This document shows, piece after piece, positions 12,111 to 23,996 of a stretch of DNA of 64,000 nucleotides. The notes beneath the pieces were generated by a model that was not told the DNA's origin, did not search any database, and worked only from the letters and a program-made list of their open reading frames with translations. This stretch comes from Euglena gracilis (taxonomy: Eukaryota): contig CP154954.1 of the NCBI GenBank assembly GCA_039621445.1, positions 22,518,954 to 22,582,953 of the forward strand, given 5' to 3'. Position 1 is the stretch's first letter. Every line of letters starts with the position of its first letter. A program made the position numbers and the translations under genes.

Positions 12111-13480
12111 TTTTTTTTTTTTTTTTTTTTATTTTTTTTTTTTTTTTTTCCTCTCCTCTTCTTTTTTTTTTCTGGAAGAGGGACCATCATTGGTGGTATG
12201 TTCACGAGTCATGCTGTCGCCAAATATCCCACCACCTTTTTCTGCCCCAACTAATACTGCATAATCACAGCCTTGGAATTTTGGCAGATCCTAATGGGAA
12301 CGGCACGTATCACACGTGCCTGCATTAATATCTTTTCTGCACTGGTGTTGTTATTCTTTATCTCATTCCATTCTGATTTCAAGGCATCTGAAGGATCTAA
12401 AGGATTACCTTCACAAACACAGACGTTGAACAAAAGCTTCAACGCAATCGTCTTGTGCTTTGCCTCTTTTGGGGAATCTGGGGCAAAAGGATTTCGTTAC
12501 TCCAAGGATTCTTCCCTCAACTACATAGATGCGTACCAGGCAAAAGAGAAATCTCACACGTCTCAGGAGGCTCTGTTCGGATATTCCGCCCTTTCTGATC
12601 CCTGTCCCACTGCTCATTTCTGTGAATTTTTGGGTTTTTTGCTTTGCTTCCATCAAAAACGATGCAAAGCACAGGCCCCAGCTCTCGTTTCGACTACAAG
12701 CATTGAAAGATTGGAAGATATTGAACAAGATGGCAGGGACTGGAAAGCTTTTCCCTGAAATTAGTTCCAATTTCCAGCCTCCCAAGCAATAGCTGTAGTG
12801 ATTGAACCAATTGGTTACTGGGGATGCAGGGGGCAATATGCTTTCCTGCATTCCAGTTCACCCTTCATTGATCCGAGGGTGCACGGTGTGGCATCACCAT
12901 CACAATTGCACATTATTTCAACTTTTGATGTATTCCTGCAGGACAAATCATGCCTTTCCAGTTCATTGCATTCAAGGCATTGCTCGACTGCTTTTGACCA
13001 TGATTTTCCTGCACTGAAATGCTTTCCGGCAAGACAAATTATGTATTGTTTAAATGTACTGTTTAAGACACTGCTTTGCTTATGCTTTTGTGTGTCCTGC
13101 TTAAAAGAAGTTCGCATGATTGCCCAAAACATGCACCATGCTGCGAAACAAAAAAATGGTGCAAAGTGCCAAGGAAGTAAAATTTTTTATCAATGCTCCT
13201 TCTGCCAAGCTATTCACTGGCTTGACTATATTTTTGCAATCGTTGACACCACAAAAAAGACAATGGTGGGTCTTGTTGTGGAATTAGTTGAGGTGCAACA
13301 GATAAACGAGGTAACTGCGCACTGCAGAAACCAAAACTTCTTTGGGCCATACTTTGTTGTCGACATCGGTGGTACAGACGACAAATTACACTTCATTTGT
13401 ACATTTGTACAAAAAATATTTCATCGGGAATGCCTTCTTGCACACCACCTGGCCGTTGGTGTCGCGAATTTCAAATTTAA
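12111..13480 (-). mobile_element. Probable 5'-truncated, degenerate non-LTR retroelement ending in poly(A)
   Basis: Non-repetitive coding-like block with many stops; Cys/His cluster and a PD…V-x-V…EW-x-E segment; ~60-nt interrupted poly(T) on + at 12111-12171. Confidence 0.4.
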
Positions 13481-13558
13481 CCTTGTGACTGCTCTTGCAA
13501 AGCCTTTGGTGGTTTTCTGTTACAAAGAAGCTCTACATCCCTGGGCAGAGAGGCAGAC

Positions 13559-13635
13559 CAGCTTCCGCCTCTGGGCTGCCACTCCCTGAGCGTGGAGCTT
13601 GTGGAACACGGAGGCGTACGGGCGGCTTGACACAC
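13559..13635 (-). CDS. Gene 1 exon (VSSRPYASVFHKLHAQGVAAQRRKL)
   Basis: Pyrimidine tract + gtcag acceptor, CTG|GTCTGC donor; phase 1 to 0. Confidence 0.8.
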
Positions 13636-13847
13636 CTGACAACGTTGGGGGAGGGGGGTGGGAGAGACGCCCGTAAACCGGCCAAAACGAGAGGTCCGCC
13701 AGTCGGGCGCAAATAAAAATAGGGCGAGCTGAAAATTGTGGGCACCCTTATTCCCCAGTGGGTCAAAGACCAAGCAGCAACACTGGCGACCCAAATGCCA
13801 CGCCATAAGCAACTCTCCGTGCCCTCCCTCACAGCATTGGCGCCGAC

Positions 13848-14192
13848 CATACAATTTTTTACCGACCTCCCGGGGGGGTCACTCCACTTTTTTAAAAACC
13901 AGTCAGTCACTCATTTTCAAAAAACCAGCCAGTCACTACCCCCCCCCCCCCCGGGGGGAGGTCGGCCACTCAGAAAAACGGCCAATTTCCAGTCACTTTA
14001 GGCCATTTTAGGCCCAAAAATTTTTTCCGGCGCCTTCGGCGCCGGGGTCACTCAAGCCACTTTTGCCCACCCCTGGCCGACCCCCCCGGGGGGGGGGGGG
14101 GGGAGGGGGTCCGGGCCCAAAACCAGTCAGTCACTCTGAAAAAACCAGTCAGTCACCCCCCCCGGGGGGGACAGTGCTTAAAAAATTGTCTG
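13848..14192. mobile_element. hAT MITE (CAG/TACAATTTTTT ends), 12 nt inside a donor site
   Basis: Perfect TSD GCGCCGAC (13840-47 / 14193-200); internal AACCAGTCAGTCAC repeats. Confidence 0.85.
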
Positions 14193-14204
14193 GCGCCGAC
14201 ACAC

Positions 14205-14305
14205 CGAAGCCAGCCAAGGCCCGAGAGTGCTCGTTGATCGTGGGGTGCCCCGAAAACATGGTGGGCAGAGAGATGCGCCGCCCCCGCTGTGGCGAACCGA
14301 CGGAC
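14205..14305 (-). CDS. Gene 1 exon (SVGSPQRGRRISLPTMFSGHPTINEHSRALAGF)
   Basis: gccccacag acceptor, G|GTGTGT donor; P-x-IN-x-x-SR-x-LA repeat motif; phase 2 to 1. Confidence 0.8.
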
Positions 14306-14815
14306 CTGTGGGGCGTGTGGGGAGGGACCAAACCCGAAACCGAAACTGAGCGGTTGTGGGTGGGTGTGCAGACGTTAGGGGCGCCTGCAAGCTGTGATTG
14401 GCAACATCTCTGGCAAAAAAAAACAACAAATTGCAAGGAGACAGAAAATGATCACAAAACCAACATTGAGGTGTGGCACTCACAGACAGGACCTTTGGAA
14501 TTGATTAATTAATTAGTTGGCCATGAAATTTTTTTGAACTCACCAATGTTTACTCCCATATTGGTCTTAGATTTTTAATTTCCGCGCACATGTTGTGTTA
14601 TTATGTGTACACATGGTGTACATTCAGTTGTGTGCGTGCATGCAAACGCGCAAATGCGTGTCTGCCTACACATACACACACGTGCCATGTGCATTTCCAC
14701 GTGCCACGTGCCATGTGCATTTATGCAACTCTTTGTGAAATCTGGTACAAATGACAGAACTGAGCTGGAACACAATTCAGCTCCACATTGGCCGCGGCAA
14801 GCCTTGCAGACATAC

Positions 14816-14890
14816 CGCGCCTGTTTGGAGGAAGCTGACTTCGCCCGCCGCCTTGCGCTTTGGGCCCTCTGCCGGGGGCTGCCAGGCGGA
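14816..14890 (-). CDS. Gene 1 exon (PPGSPRQRAQSARRRAKSASSKQA)
   Basis: CG|GTATGT donor (phase 2); acceptor cacgcag chosen for phase, so the 5' boundary is uncertain. Confidence 0.6.
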
Positions 14891-15497
14891 CTGCGTGACC
14901 CCTCGGCCAGGGGGGCAACCCCAGTCCAAACAGACAACGGGGGGGGGGTCGGATCTCGGGCCTTGGAGTGCCTGCAATGGAGTGCCTGCAGGCCCCCCCC
15001 CACACCCAGGTGGGGTCGGCACCGCCTTAAAATTCAGCGGCCGACATCGCCCTGCTTGTTCGCAACCCACAACCCTCCCTTACAGTAAAGAACTCACCAA
15101 AAATGCCGATGACACCCCCATTGGGCCGCTCAAGACAAGTTCAGTTTAAGGCTGCCAATCTTCCCTCCTTGGCACTATTGGGTACAAAGGGCACCCTCGG
15201 ATGTGGATTACTTGGTTTGCTGTTTGCTTGCCGCAGCTGCCACACGTTTCAGAAAAGGTGACTTTCTCCCACAGGAATGAGAGGCGAGGACCGGTTAGCA
15301 CCTTGCCCCTCGGGGGTCAACCGCCCTTAAAAGCATCTTAAAAGCACCTCAAAAATATCTCAAATTCATCCGAAAAAAATTACCACGTCTTCGGCGGAGG
15401 GTTTAAAAAAAACCGAAAATATTTCGGGCTGGGCCACTGATGGTGCGGAAAGGGACAGATCCCCTGGGGTAGAGTCTGTGGCCATGGAATCCTTTGC

Positions 15498-15540
15498 CGA
15501 GGGTCCACGGGCGAGTCTGCCAAAGGCTCCGACTCCAAGC
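15498..15540 (-). CDS. Gene 1 exon (LESEPLADSPVDP), probable GC donor
   Basis: catggcag acceptor; CG|GCAAAG donor gives phase 1 to 2. Confidence 0.5.
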
Positions 15541-15964
15541 CTGCCATGTGCAAGGGACTGCTCAAGGGGGCAAAACTCCGCATAAAAGCACCGACATCCA
15601 GCTGTGAGCGTGCATTTATTTGTTGGGAGTTGCAGCCAAATTTTTAAGCAAAAAAAAAGAAAGCCAAGAAAGTTTAACCATTTTAATCCATTTCACCAGT
15701 TGGTCATTTTTGGCCACTCAGATAATTGGTAACTTGACTGCACTTTGGCTGAACCAGATCTAGATTTAGTTGAGTCCACCCCAGGGATACGTTACTGGGG
15801 GCTCCTGCTGAGGGTGGCCTCCAACATCACAAAACCCTGCCCAATGTCAGCGGCGGCAGCCAAAGTCAGCCGGAGGTGAGTATCACAAACATGACACCAG
15901 ATCGTTGAGAGGCATCCGGGGGACACATCATTGATTTCGTTCCTAAAATCGGCATGGTCGACAC

Positions 15965-16010
15965 CCTCGAAGTTGGGGATTGGCAGGGGGGAATTCTCAT
16001 TCTGGACTGT
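15965..16010 (-). CDS. Gene 1 exon (TVQNENSPLPIPNFE)
   Basis: aaccgcag acceptor, G|GTGTCG donor; phase 0 to 1. Confidence 0.55.
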
Positions 16011-16205
16011 CTGCGGTTCGGTTGTGCGTGTTGGACAGGGGGAGGGAGGGCTGTACGGGAAGCCTGGTGGGCGCGATGCAAGCAAAATTTTGACCTTTAA
16101 ATCGGTGCCCCTGGGAAAGGAGGGGTGGGGGTGGTCGACTCTCCACCACCCATCAGGCCTGCATAGCCCTGAGGCGGGGGGGGGGGGGGGGTTCGCCGGC
16201 TGAAC

Positions 16206-16327
16206 CCACTGGGGAAGGAAGGGGGTGGGGCGTCGGCCAGCTCGGCAATCCCTGGCCGTCCGCTGGCTGTGCGTGGCGGAGAAGACAGAGGTGGAGGACG
16301 AGGCGGAGGAGGAGAGAGGGGACATGG
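16206..16327 (-). CDS. Gene 1 Ser-rich exon (MSPLSSSASSSTSVFSATHSQRTARDCRAGRRPTPFLPQW)
   Basis: catcgcag acceptor, TGG|GTTCAG donor; phase 1 to 0. Confidence 0.6.
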
Positions 16328-16691
16328 CTGCGATGGGTGGACCGGGCCATACCATTGCCGAAGGGCACGTCCAGGCAGACCGGGCGATGGAACGTCCGGG
16401 GGGTTTTACCCTTCTGCAAATGAATGAGAATTCAACTATTTGACCTAATGTTAAATGGGGAAATGGTGTTTCAACGCCTTCAGAGGTCAGAGAAAAAAAA
16501 TCGAATCAAAAAATTGTGAAGAAAACTGGTGCTCCAACGGACATGGCATGATCTAAAGAGCAAACCAAACACCACAGAACCAAACTGTGGTCCAACGTTG
16601 GCAAAACATCCACCGTGCACATGTCTGCATGAGGCATGCTGAAGATGTCACAGGAAGCAATTGTATGGGCCAGGCTGCTGGTTTGGCTCAC

Positions 16692-16740
16692 TGCAAGGTG
16701 CTGGAGCGGCGGCAGGAGCAAGAGCTCTGGCGGAGCTTTC
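16692..16740 (-). CDS. Gene 1 exon (ESSARALAPAAAPAPC)
   Basis: aaacag acceptor, strong A|GTGAGC donor; phase 0 to 1. Confidence 0.65.
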
Positions 16741-17025
16741 CTGTTTGATGGTATGATGGTGTGAAACGTGTGATGATATGATATAGGTGAGAACAACAGT
16801 GATGTTTCAATGGTTTTTCAGACAACGACGCAACGATGGGGTCGGCGCAGCCGTGAAAAGCTGTAAATTCCATTGTGTTTGTTTTTGTGCGGGTGTGTGT
16901 GCCTGTCTGTCTGCCTCCTCCCTCTGTGCTGAAGCTTGTTCATGACAACAGCATTTAATGAATGAACCTTGACGAATTGCTCGGTGCTTGGCCGTTTATT
17001 GTTTTTTTTTGAAGCACTTGCACAC

Positions 17026-17109
17026 CTTCAGTGGCCTCGCTTTCTCCACCGCTGCCGCTTTAGCCGCCACTGTGTCTTGCAGACTCTGCAGCATCAACCG
17101 GGCCAGGTT
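17026..17109 (-). CDS. Gene 1 exon (NLARLMLQSLQDTVAAKAAAVEKARPLK); 5' end set by a non-conventional junction (alternative AG start at 17085)
   Basis: AAG|GTGTGC donor; the upstream boundary is inferred from end-pairing with 19092-19080. Confidence 0.7.
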
Positions 17110-19092
17110 GACCACCGGGTTGGATGAGAAGCACCAGGGAGACTCCTTTGAGCAAATCGTCCCAGAGCATAACCGAAACTGCCACTGCTTTTTATCCGCA
17201 ATCAACCTCTGCACATGGACTGTTGGCAAACCAAATCGGCCCATCTGTGGTGGAGAAGCCATCACTTGTCTTGTGCACGCTGAATGTTTGCAAAATACGG
17301 ACAGGCAGCCAACATTAGATTGGGACACATTCTGGCAGCTTTTGTAAGCCTGCAGACAAAAACCAAATTTTTGCACACTGAAACCGAACAGACCAATCAT
17401 AGCAACTTCATTGATGAGCCCCAATGGTTCGCAGGGCCTGGTTGACACAAAGAAGAACGTGGCTCAGGTTTCTTTGCAACCCTGGGGGGGGGGGGCGTGA
17501 TTTTTCAGCCAAAGAATGCACTGGGTGAGCATCTTTGTTGGTTTCCATCCAAAATTAAACAAACAGTACATTTTTTTAGCATGCATGTATGTATGCATGC
17601 ATGCATGTATGTATATACATGTATGTATGAATGTATGCATACGTGCATGCATGTCTGTATGTTGGTATATGTATCTGTATTAATGCATGCATGCATACAT
17701 GCAAGCATGCATTCATGCATGCATGTATGCATGTATGTATGCGTGCATGCATGTGTGTGTGTGACATTAACGTGTGTTTCGGGACAACCCCAGACTTGGT
17801 TGGGGTTGTCTCATTATTTCAAAGCAAAAAATTCCAAATGTGTTTCCCCGATTTTCCACCATTTTTCAACTTCAAGTACTTCGGATTTTTGTGGATGAAG
17901 CTGGATCCTGCTTTCTTCCCGCAAATGCCGAAGAAATTATGCTGCACAATTTTTTTTACCAACCCTCAAATAATCACTTTCACTCCTCCAAAAACCAGCC
18001 AGTCATTTTTTTTTTGGAAAACCAGTTAGTCACTGCCCCCCCCCCCCCGAAGGGCGCTGGCCATTCTGGAATCCAAGGGAAAAACAATGACAAAAATTTT
18101 GGCGGCTTCAGGTCTCTTCAGTGTTTTTTTTCCTTGACCTGGGAGGGTTTGTCTAGGAGCCTGATTTACAAATTAAAATACCTAGAAAATACTTTTTCTG
18201 GATTTTTTTTTACAGCCAACCATTAAAATTACAATTTTTTTTGATAATTTGTAATATAATTTTTGTAAATGGTCACCTATTTTTGAAAAATTTTGCACAT
18301 TTTTAAGCATATATATGATTAAGATGTGTCTTGTTTGAATGCCTCATACACAGGAGGTTAAAAAAAACACAACCTCATTCATCTTATCTTTGATCTTTAT
18401 TTTTGAATGAATTTTCGTTTTTTAAAAGAAGATAAAAATAGGTGAGACCTGTAAAAAAAAGGCAAGATGGTGTTGGGTGCAAATTGCTGAATTTTTTTTT
18501 CAAAAATAGACAAGCTCCAAAAGTCTTTGGCAGACGATTCCAAAAAATCTGGACACTTTAATGAAAAGATGGGTGCACAACTCCTTTTGGATGTTTTGTT
18601 GTTTTGCTGGTTTTTGTGAAACTGTTGGTCACCCCAAAAATTAAATGAGCCAGAACAATGTGGCGCTGGGAACTTATTAGCAAATAGTGGAGCTCAGAAT
18701 GTGTGGTTCTCAAATGTCAAATAACCACCACTTCCAAGGAATTATCTGGAGGATTCCCTGAAACCCAGTGTACAAAGGGGGCGGTTTGCGGCCTGCTTGT
18801 CATTCCCCCATTTCCTTCAGCCCCAGCCATCGCTGCCACAATCATTTAGTCCCTGGCCGACCCCGCCCGGGGGTGATGATTTTATTCAGGGAGAATGGAC
18901 CGGGTTTTGGCCCGGACCCCCCCCCCGAAATAGATTCCTTCTCGTCCTGACCTCGATTTTTCATTTTGAAAAAAGGTTCATCAGTTGTTCATGCATTGCC
19001 TTTTAATTTCGAGAAGCTCACTTTATTTGTTTATGTTACAAAGACCTTGGCGGACGCACCAAATGGACGCCTGGCCCCGTCCAGCCCGGGCC
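17110..19092 (-). other. Putative euglenid non-conventional (non GT-AG) intron, 1983 nt
   Basis: 5' end GGC-CCGGGCTGGA pairs with 3' end TCCAACCCGG-TGGTC (9 of 10 bp); +4..+6 pair with -6..-8; both junctions are Y|R; the splice is in frame. Confidence 0.6.
17578..17762. repeat. Degenerate (GCAT/GTAT)n repeat inside the non-conventional intron
   Basis: Seen directly. Confidence 0.9.
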
Positions 19093-19196
19093 GTCCACCG
19101 CACTGGGGGGCAGGTCGTTCCGCACCGCGAACTGCACCGCCACCGCGAGGGCGTCGTCCCCGAGCCGCAGCACCAGCTCGTCGCTGCGGCCGTCAT
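19093..19196 (-). CDS. Gene 1 exon (DGRSDELVLRLGDDALAVAVQFAVRNDLPPSAVD), PFU-like motif
   Basis: caccacag acceptor, very high GC3, G-D-D-x(3)-A-x-x-F-x(4)-L-P pattern. Confidence 0.8.
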
Positions 19197-19775
19197 CTGT
19201 GGTGCGTGTGCAGGCGGCCCAGCGGTTTTTTTTCTCGGACCCGAAGGAGGGGGGAGGTCAGGACCACTCACCTGCCCCCCGGCTCGGGGGGGACTCACCC
19301 CACCCCTCCCCCCTCTGGGGCAACCAAACTGAAAAAATACTCCGCGGAAGCCTCACCAGAGTCCACTTTGCCTCCAAAAAAAAATTAATTTTTCAAAAAA
19401 TATCGCGAGAAAGCGAAGATTACCTTCGAAGGTGTTGGCCAACATCCCTGGCGCAGCTTTTGCCGCATGCACACCTGTCCCGTGTTGCTGTTGCTCTCTG
19501 GACTCCCATGTGGGCAACTGTGCCAGGGGGGCAGCATATGGGCTCATTCACTGGACAGGACGTTTGTGGAAAGGCGCCGACGGGACGGCCACCTTGAGCA
19601 TGGGTCCGTTGGTGGGCAACAATGCTGCCCATTCTGAACCCCTGACGGCCTCCGTGAAGGGCACCTGCGAGTTCTTCCCAGCCGGCTGCTGACCGGATCC
19701 GCAGGCGTTGCGGATCCGGTGTGTCCCCCCTCCCCCCCGCCACAGAGGTGCACGGCAGCGAGTGGAAAGGCACAC

Positions 19776-19812
19776 CGAGGTCGATCGACAGCACGAGCAC
19801 CACCGGCGGCTG
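19776..19812 (-). CDS. Gene 1 exon (QPPVVLVLSIDL)
   Basis: ctgtccccacag acceptor (NAGNAG), G|GTGTGC donor; phase 1 joins the next exon to give SIDL-D-DGRSDEL. Confidence 0.75.
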
Positions 19813-20288
19813 CTGTGGGGACAGGGAGTGGGCGATGTGAGCAGCGGTTCGCCATTGAACAAAGGCCTTGCAAACAGGGGGGGATGGCCAAGTGGAAAAT
19901 TTCACTTGCATGTGTAAAAAAATACACATATACAAAAATCCTTTCAACATTCTATCGAAAGGAACTAAGGAGAATTCCATGTCTTATCCAAAACGATTTG
20001 CTGAAAGATATCAACATAAATGTAAACATATAAATAGATAAATGGATACATGTAAAAATTTACAAAAAAAACTGCACAAAAATTTCTCGCAGGAATTTCC
20101 CCCCTCAAACAAGCACTGGAAAAAATCGAACCACAAAAACTGCAAAAAAAAAACTGCATAATGAGCATTTTCCCCTCCCTGCTGCACAACAAGTGCCAAC
20201 AATGAACAAACATGCCAAGAACCCAAAGGGAAAACGACGCCATTGCCATTGTGGGGGAGGAGGTGAGGGCTCACGCCTCGGAGGGACC

Positions 20289-20359
20289 CCGCATATGCAG
20301 CTAGCGGCGGCGGGCGGCCGCTGGGCCCCCGTCTCCTCGGCGCGGCGCCATCCGCACCC
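20289..20359 (-). CDS. Candidate gene 1 exon; frame and donor unresolved
   Basis: gtgctcccccag acceptor followed by a GC-rich island; several possible donors. Confidence 0.35.
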
Positions 20360-21023
20360 CTGGGGGAGCACAGGCGGCACTGGGGGACCGGCAGTGCCGG
20401 CGGGGCGGACCAGAACCCCGGCCCGTTCCCCGCGGCCGTGTCCCGAAGAAGACCCCAGAGGTGGTCTGCAGGGTCCACGGCTACCAGGAAGAACCACTGC
20501 TCAGTCAGGCAAAGGGACTGCTTTAATGATCTCGGGGGTTTTTGCTCAAGTGCTACGCTTGGCCCTGATGGAAGGCAAAACGTGGGGGCCAACCTTGGGG
20601 TGGCCAAGTTTGCATGTGAGGATTCGGCGGGTCATGAGCAAGGCCAAAAAGCCTAAAAAAAATGGGGGGGGCAAGGCAGCAAGTTAAAGCCGAACGCCAA
20701 CTTCTGAGGGGCCAAATTCTGCATATAAAAGAGGGAGGAGAAGGAGGCCCAAGCGTCCGGGGGGGGGGGGAGGGGGGCAGAACACTTGGGCTGGCTAAAC
20801 CCCTGGGGGACCCTGGGGGGTGGGTTGAAACAGACCTGGAAGAATTAAAACGAGCCTAAATAGTCCGAGACAGCCTGCTTTTCAAAGGACAACACTTGAA
20901 TACTTTGCGTTGAACAGCCCATTTTCGACCCATTTTGAAGGTGGTTTTTGGGACGTTACCTTTTCATTATCACATTTGTTTCAAAAGAATTCCCCCAGCT
21001 GTCCAGCTGCCCTTCGGCCGGAT

Positions 21024-21314
21024 CAGGCTGTTTTTTTTACCAACCCCGGGGGGTCTGGAGTGCCTTGGGGTGCCTGCCCAGGCAGGCACTACCCCCCCCC
21101 TGGGGGTTGGATTTCGGCCTGTGCCCAGGCACATTCCTTTGAAAATAGGCCATTTTTGGCTCCCGGAGTCTGTGCAAGGGCACCTTTGGCCGTGTGCTCC
21201 CCCCTTAGATGCCGTGTGCCCCCCCCCGGGGGTTGGATTTGGAGTGCCTTGGAGTGCCAGCCCAGACAGGAACCCCCCCGAGGTGGGGTCAGCACCCGAC
21301 TAAAATACAACCTG
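21024..21314. mobile_element. hAT MITE, family A
   Basis: CAGGCTG…CAACCTG; TSD GGCCGGAT/ACCCGGAT. Confidence 0.75.
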
Positions 21315-23855
21315 ACCCGGATCTCCATTTGGTGGCCCTCAGTTTGCAGCTGCAGCCAGAACGCCTGAAGGGGGTCTTAATGCAACACTGTGCTGGGGGA
21401 ATCAACAGTGGGGAGGAGGGGATCAAAAAAAATCAACTATGACGCATTCATATGATTTTTGTTGTTTTAAAATTGTTTCTTTGCTGGTTTGACCTGGGAG
21501 TCGTTGAAGGGCTGAAGAACCCCATCCCGGAGGGCCTAATCAGCACCCCCCCCCCCCCCCGGAAGCTGGCCTCAAGCCACGTATTCACCAACTTGAAAAA
21601 AATGCCCGAATGTCAGCAAAAAAAAATGCAATTCTTGACCTGAAACTTGACCATTTCGCCCAGTATGGCGTGTCTCGTTACTTTCGGAGGCTTGGTGTGT
21701 CTTTAGCACGAGGAAAAACTTCCTTTGTAATGTGCTGGAATGCGTATGAAATTTTTTTCAGAAAGGGAAAAATTTGTTGGTTTAAAAAAATTGATTTTGC
21801 AGAAAATGAAAAATACAAATCTGAGAAAATACATGAAGATGCAGCAGAGTGCGAAAAAAGAAAATTTGAAACATTGAAAATGAAATACTAATATTTGAAA
21901 AATATATTTTCCCCATCTCCAGTGCACAGCGTGGGAAGAAAATCTCTTGCAAACCCGGCTTCTGGCTATGGGGAGTGGGTGGGTCGGACCACCCCTCCCA
22001 AAATCTCGAAAGGAAGGGGGGGTCAGGACAGTCCCCCTTCCACCAATCTCAAAACCCAAAGATGCCTACACATTGGTGAGCACAGCGAAACGGACAAACA
22101 GAGAAATGGCTTGCACAATGGTGGAATTGCAGGGACTGGATTTTGCAAGGGTTTTATCATTGGATGATGATGTCAAAATGTCCAAATGAATTGAAGCGTT
22201 TGTCAAACAGTGAGTTTGCTGTGGTGAATGATTGGAATGGGTCGGCAGCCCCAAACTGAATACATATTTCTTTGAAAGGTTATGAAAGGTTATGCACTCT
22301 GGAACGTTATATCGTGTGCCGGTCATCCTCCCAGAGTTTGCCTCTTGTGCTAAGCTTGCAACCTTGACCCCACTGATACTTTGACTTTGCTGACCCATTT
22401 GCGTTTGGCCTACAAGAGGTTCCTAACGTGCAAACCCCCCAAAATACCCCCCCCCCCGCAGGTTTTCGCATTCGCCCTTGGTCAGGACCAAATACCAGTG
22501 TGGGGGTATTGTAAATTATCAGGAAAATGTTCAAAGTTGTGAACGTTGCGCGGCACTGGGTGAGCCATGTACAGCCCAGGTTGGTCCGCCTATTTACAGA
22601 GGCTTGCAGGAGACGCCGCGCCCGGCAGAACGGGTCATCAAATGGCGTCAACACAGACGACAGGGGGAACAAGGAAGACAAGAGCAGACACACAATCTTC
22701 CGATCCGGCAGGGTGGCTGGAGTCGCACATAGGCCTCAGCTTAAAGACTCCAGGTGGGCCCACTGGCTGGGAATTTTGGAACAACTCCAGAAAGTCACCA
22801 GATGAGGAAAAAAACCAAGGGGGACCCCAGGAACCCCCCACTCCCCGAGGGGAGGGTCCTGGGGTCCCCCTGACTGGGAAAAAATTCGCTTTGGCGCTGC
22901 GCGCCAATGTGGAAATGAGGGTTTTAACACGGTATTTTGTGGATTTTGTTCCCAAAAATTCGAAAAAGTGCAAAAAAAAACAGACATTTCTGGCAGGTTC
23001 CTTCCAGGTTTTTTGTGTGGCAGGAAAATTTTTCCAGTGCTCTGTGCTGGTCACTTGAAAATTTTCCACAAACTGGGGCTGCTAACAGATCGCCTCTTAG
23101 GGGGGTGGTACACTCAAAATTCCACTGGATGCTTTTGGACTGGCTGCAGTCCAGCCACCCCCCCCCCCGCCCCGGAACTGCAAATCCTTAAGCCGATACC
23201 TGGTTGCACAGCAACTGCGGGTCAGCTGAGTCTCGAAATGTCAAAAAATGGGGAAGGTGACCGCCCACGAAAGCGGTTGGGGAGTTGGCCGGGGCGGTTG
23301 GTACCGGCTGGAAGGGTTTGATGGGGAAATTAGCAAAACCCTTCTGGCAAACCGGAAACATCCCCCTGTTGGAGGTTTTTTTGGGCCTGGGTTTTTGGTT
23401 CCGGACCCACCCACCCACCCTCCGGAAGGGAGGGGTGCTTGGGGGGATGCTTTTGGGACGTCAATCACTTCCTCCCCCCCCCCCTGGTCGGTCAGTCACT
23501 CTTGCCACATGGCCAAAAATGGCCAAAAATCAAAGGATTTTGGCCAAAAATTCAAATAATTATAATTTCGGCGCCAGGGGAGCACTTCTGGACAATCCTG
23601 GCCGACCTCACCCCCAGCCCGGCGGGGGGGGGGGGGCTCTGGAGCTAAAAAACCAATCGAACCCCTCGGGGGTGGGGTGGGACACACCTTAAGCAGTGGT
23701 ATGCCCCCACCCCTGTGTCCAACCAACACTTAGGTGGCAAAGTGTGGTCCGAATAGACACGGAGTATCTTTGAAATGACCGCACAAGAGTCCCACCCACC
23801 CTGCCCCGCCCACTGGTTTGGGACAGGATGGCTGCGCCGTCCCCGAACGGCCAAC

Positions 23856-23996
23856 CAACGTCCCGCTGCGGTGGCGGTGCCCCCTTGTCACTGGGGTGGG
23901 AACGTCGACGGGGGGGCCCTGAGAGGGCGGAGGCGAGGCCATCGCAGGGCCCGAGGGAAACGGTAACTGAAAGGCTCCTGGCGGGGTGGGGGACAT
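23856..23996 (-). CDS. Candidate first coding exon of gene 1 (MSPTPPGAFQLPFPSGPAMASPPPSQGPPVDVPTPVTRGHRHRSGTL)
   Basis: gccaccgccATG context, GC-rich, TTG|GTTGGC donor; linkage to the downstream exons is unproven. Confidence 0.4.

Noticed and set aside
12798-13589. 263-aa plus-strand ORF
   Set aside because: No recognisable motif or host codon bias; antisense to a degenerate element and to a real exon
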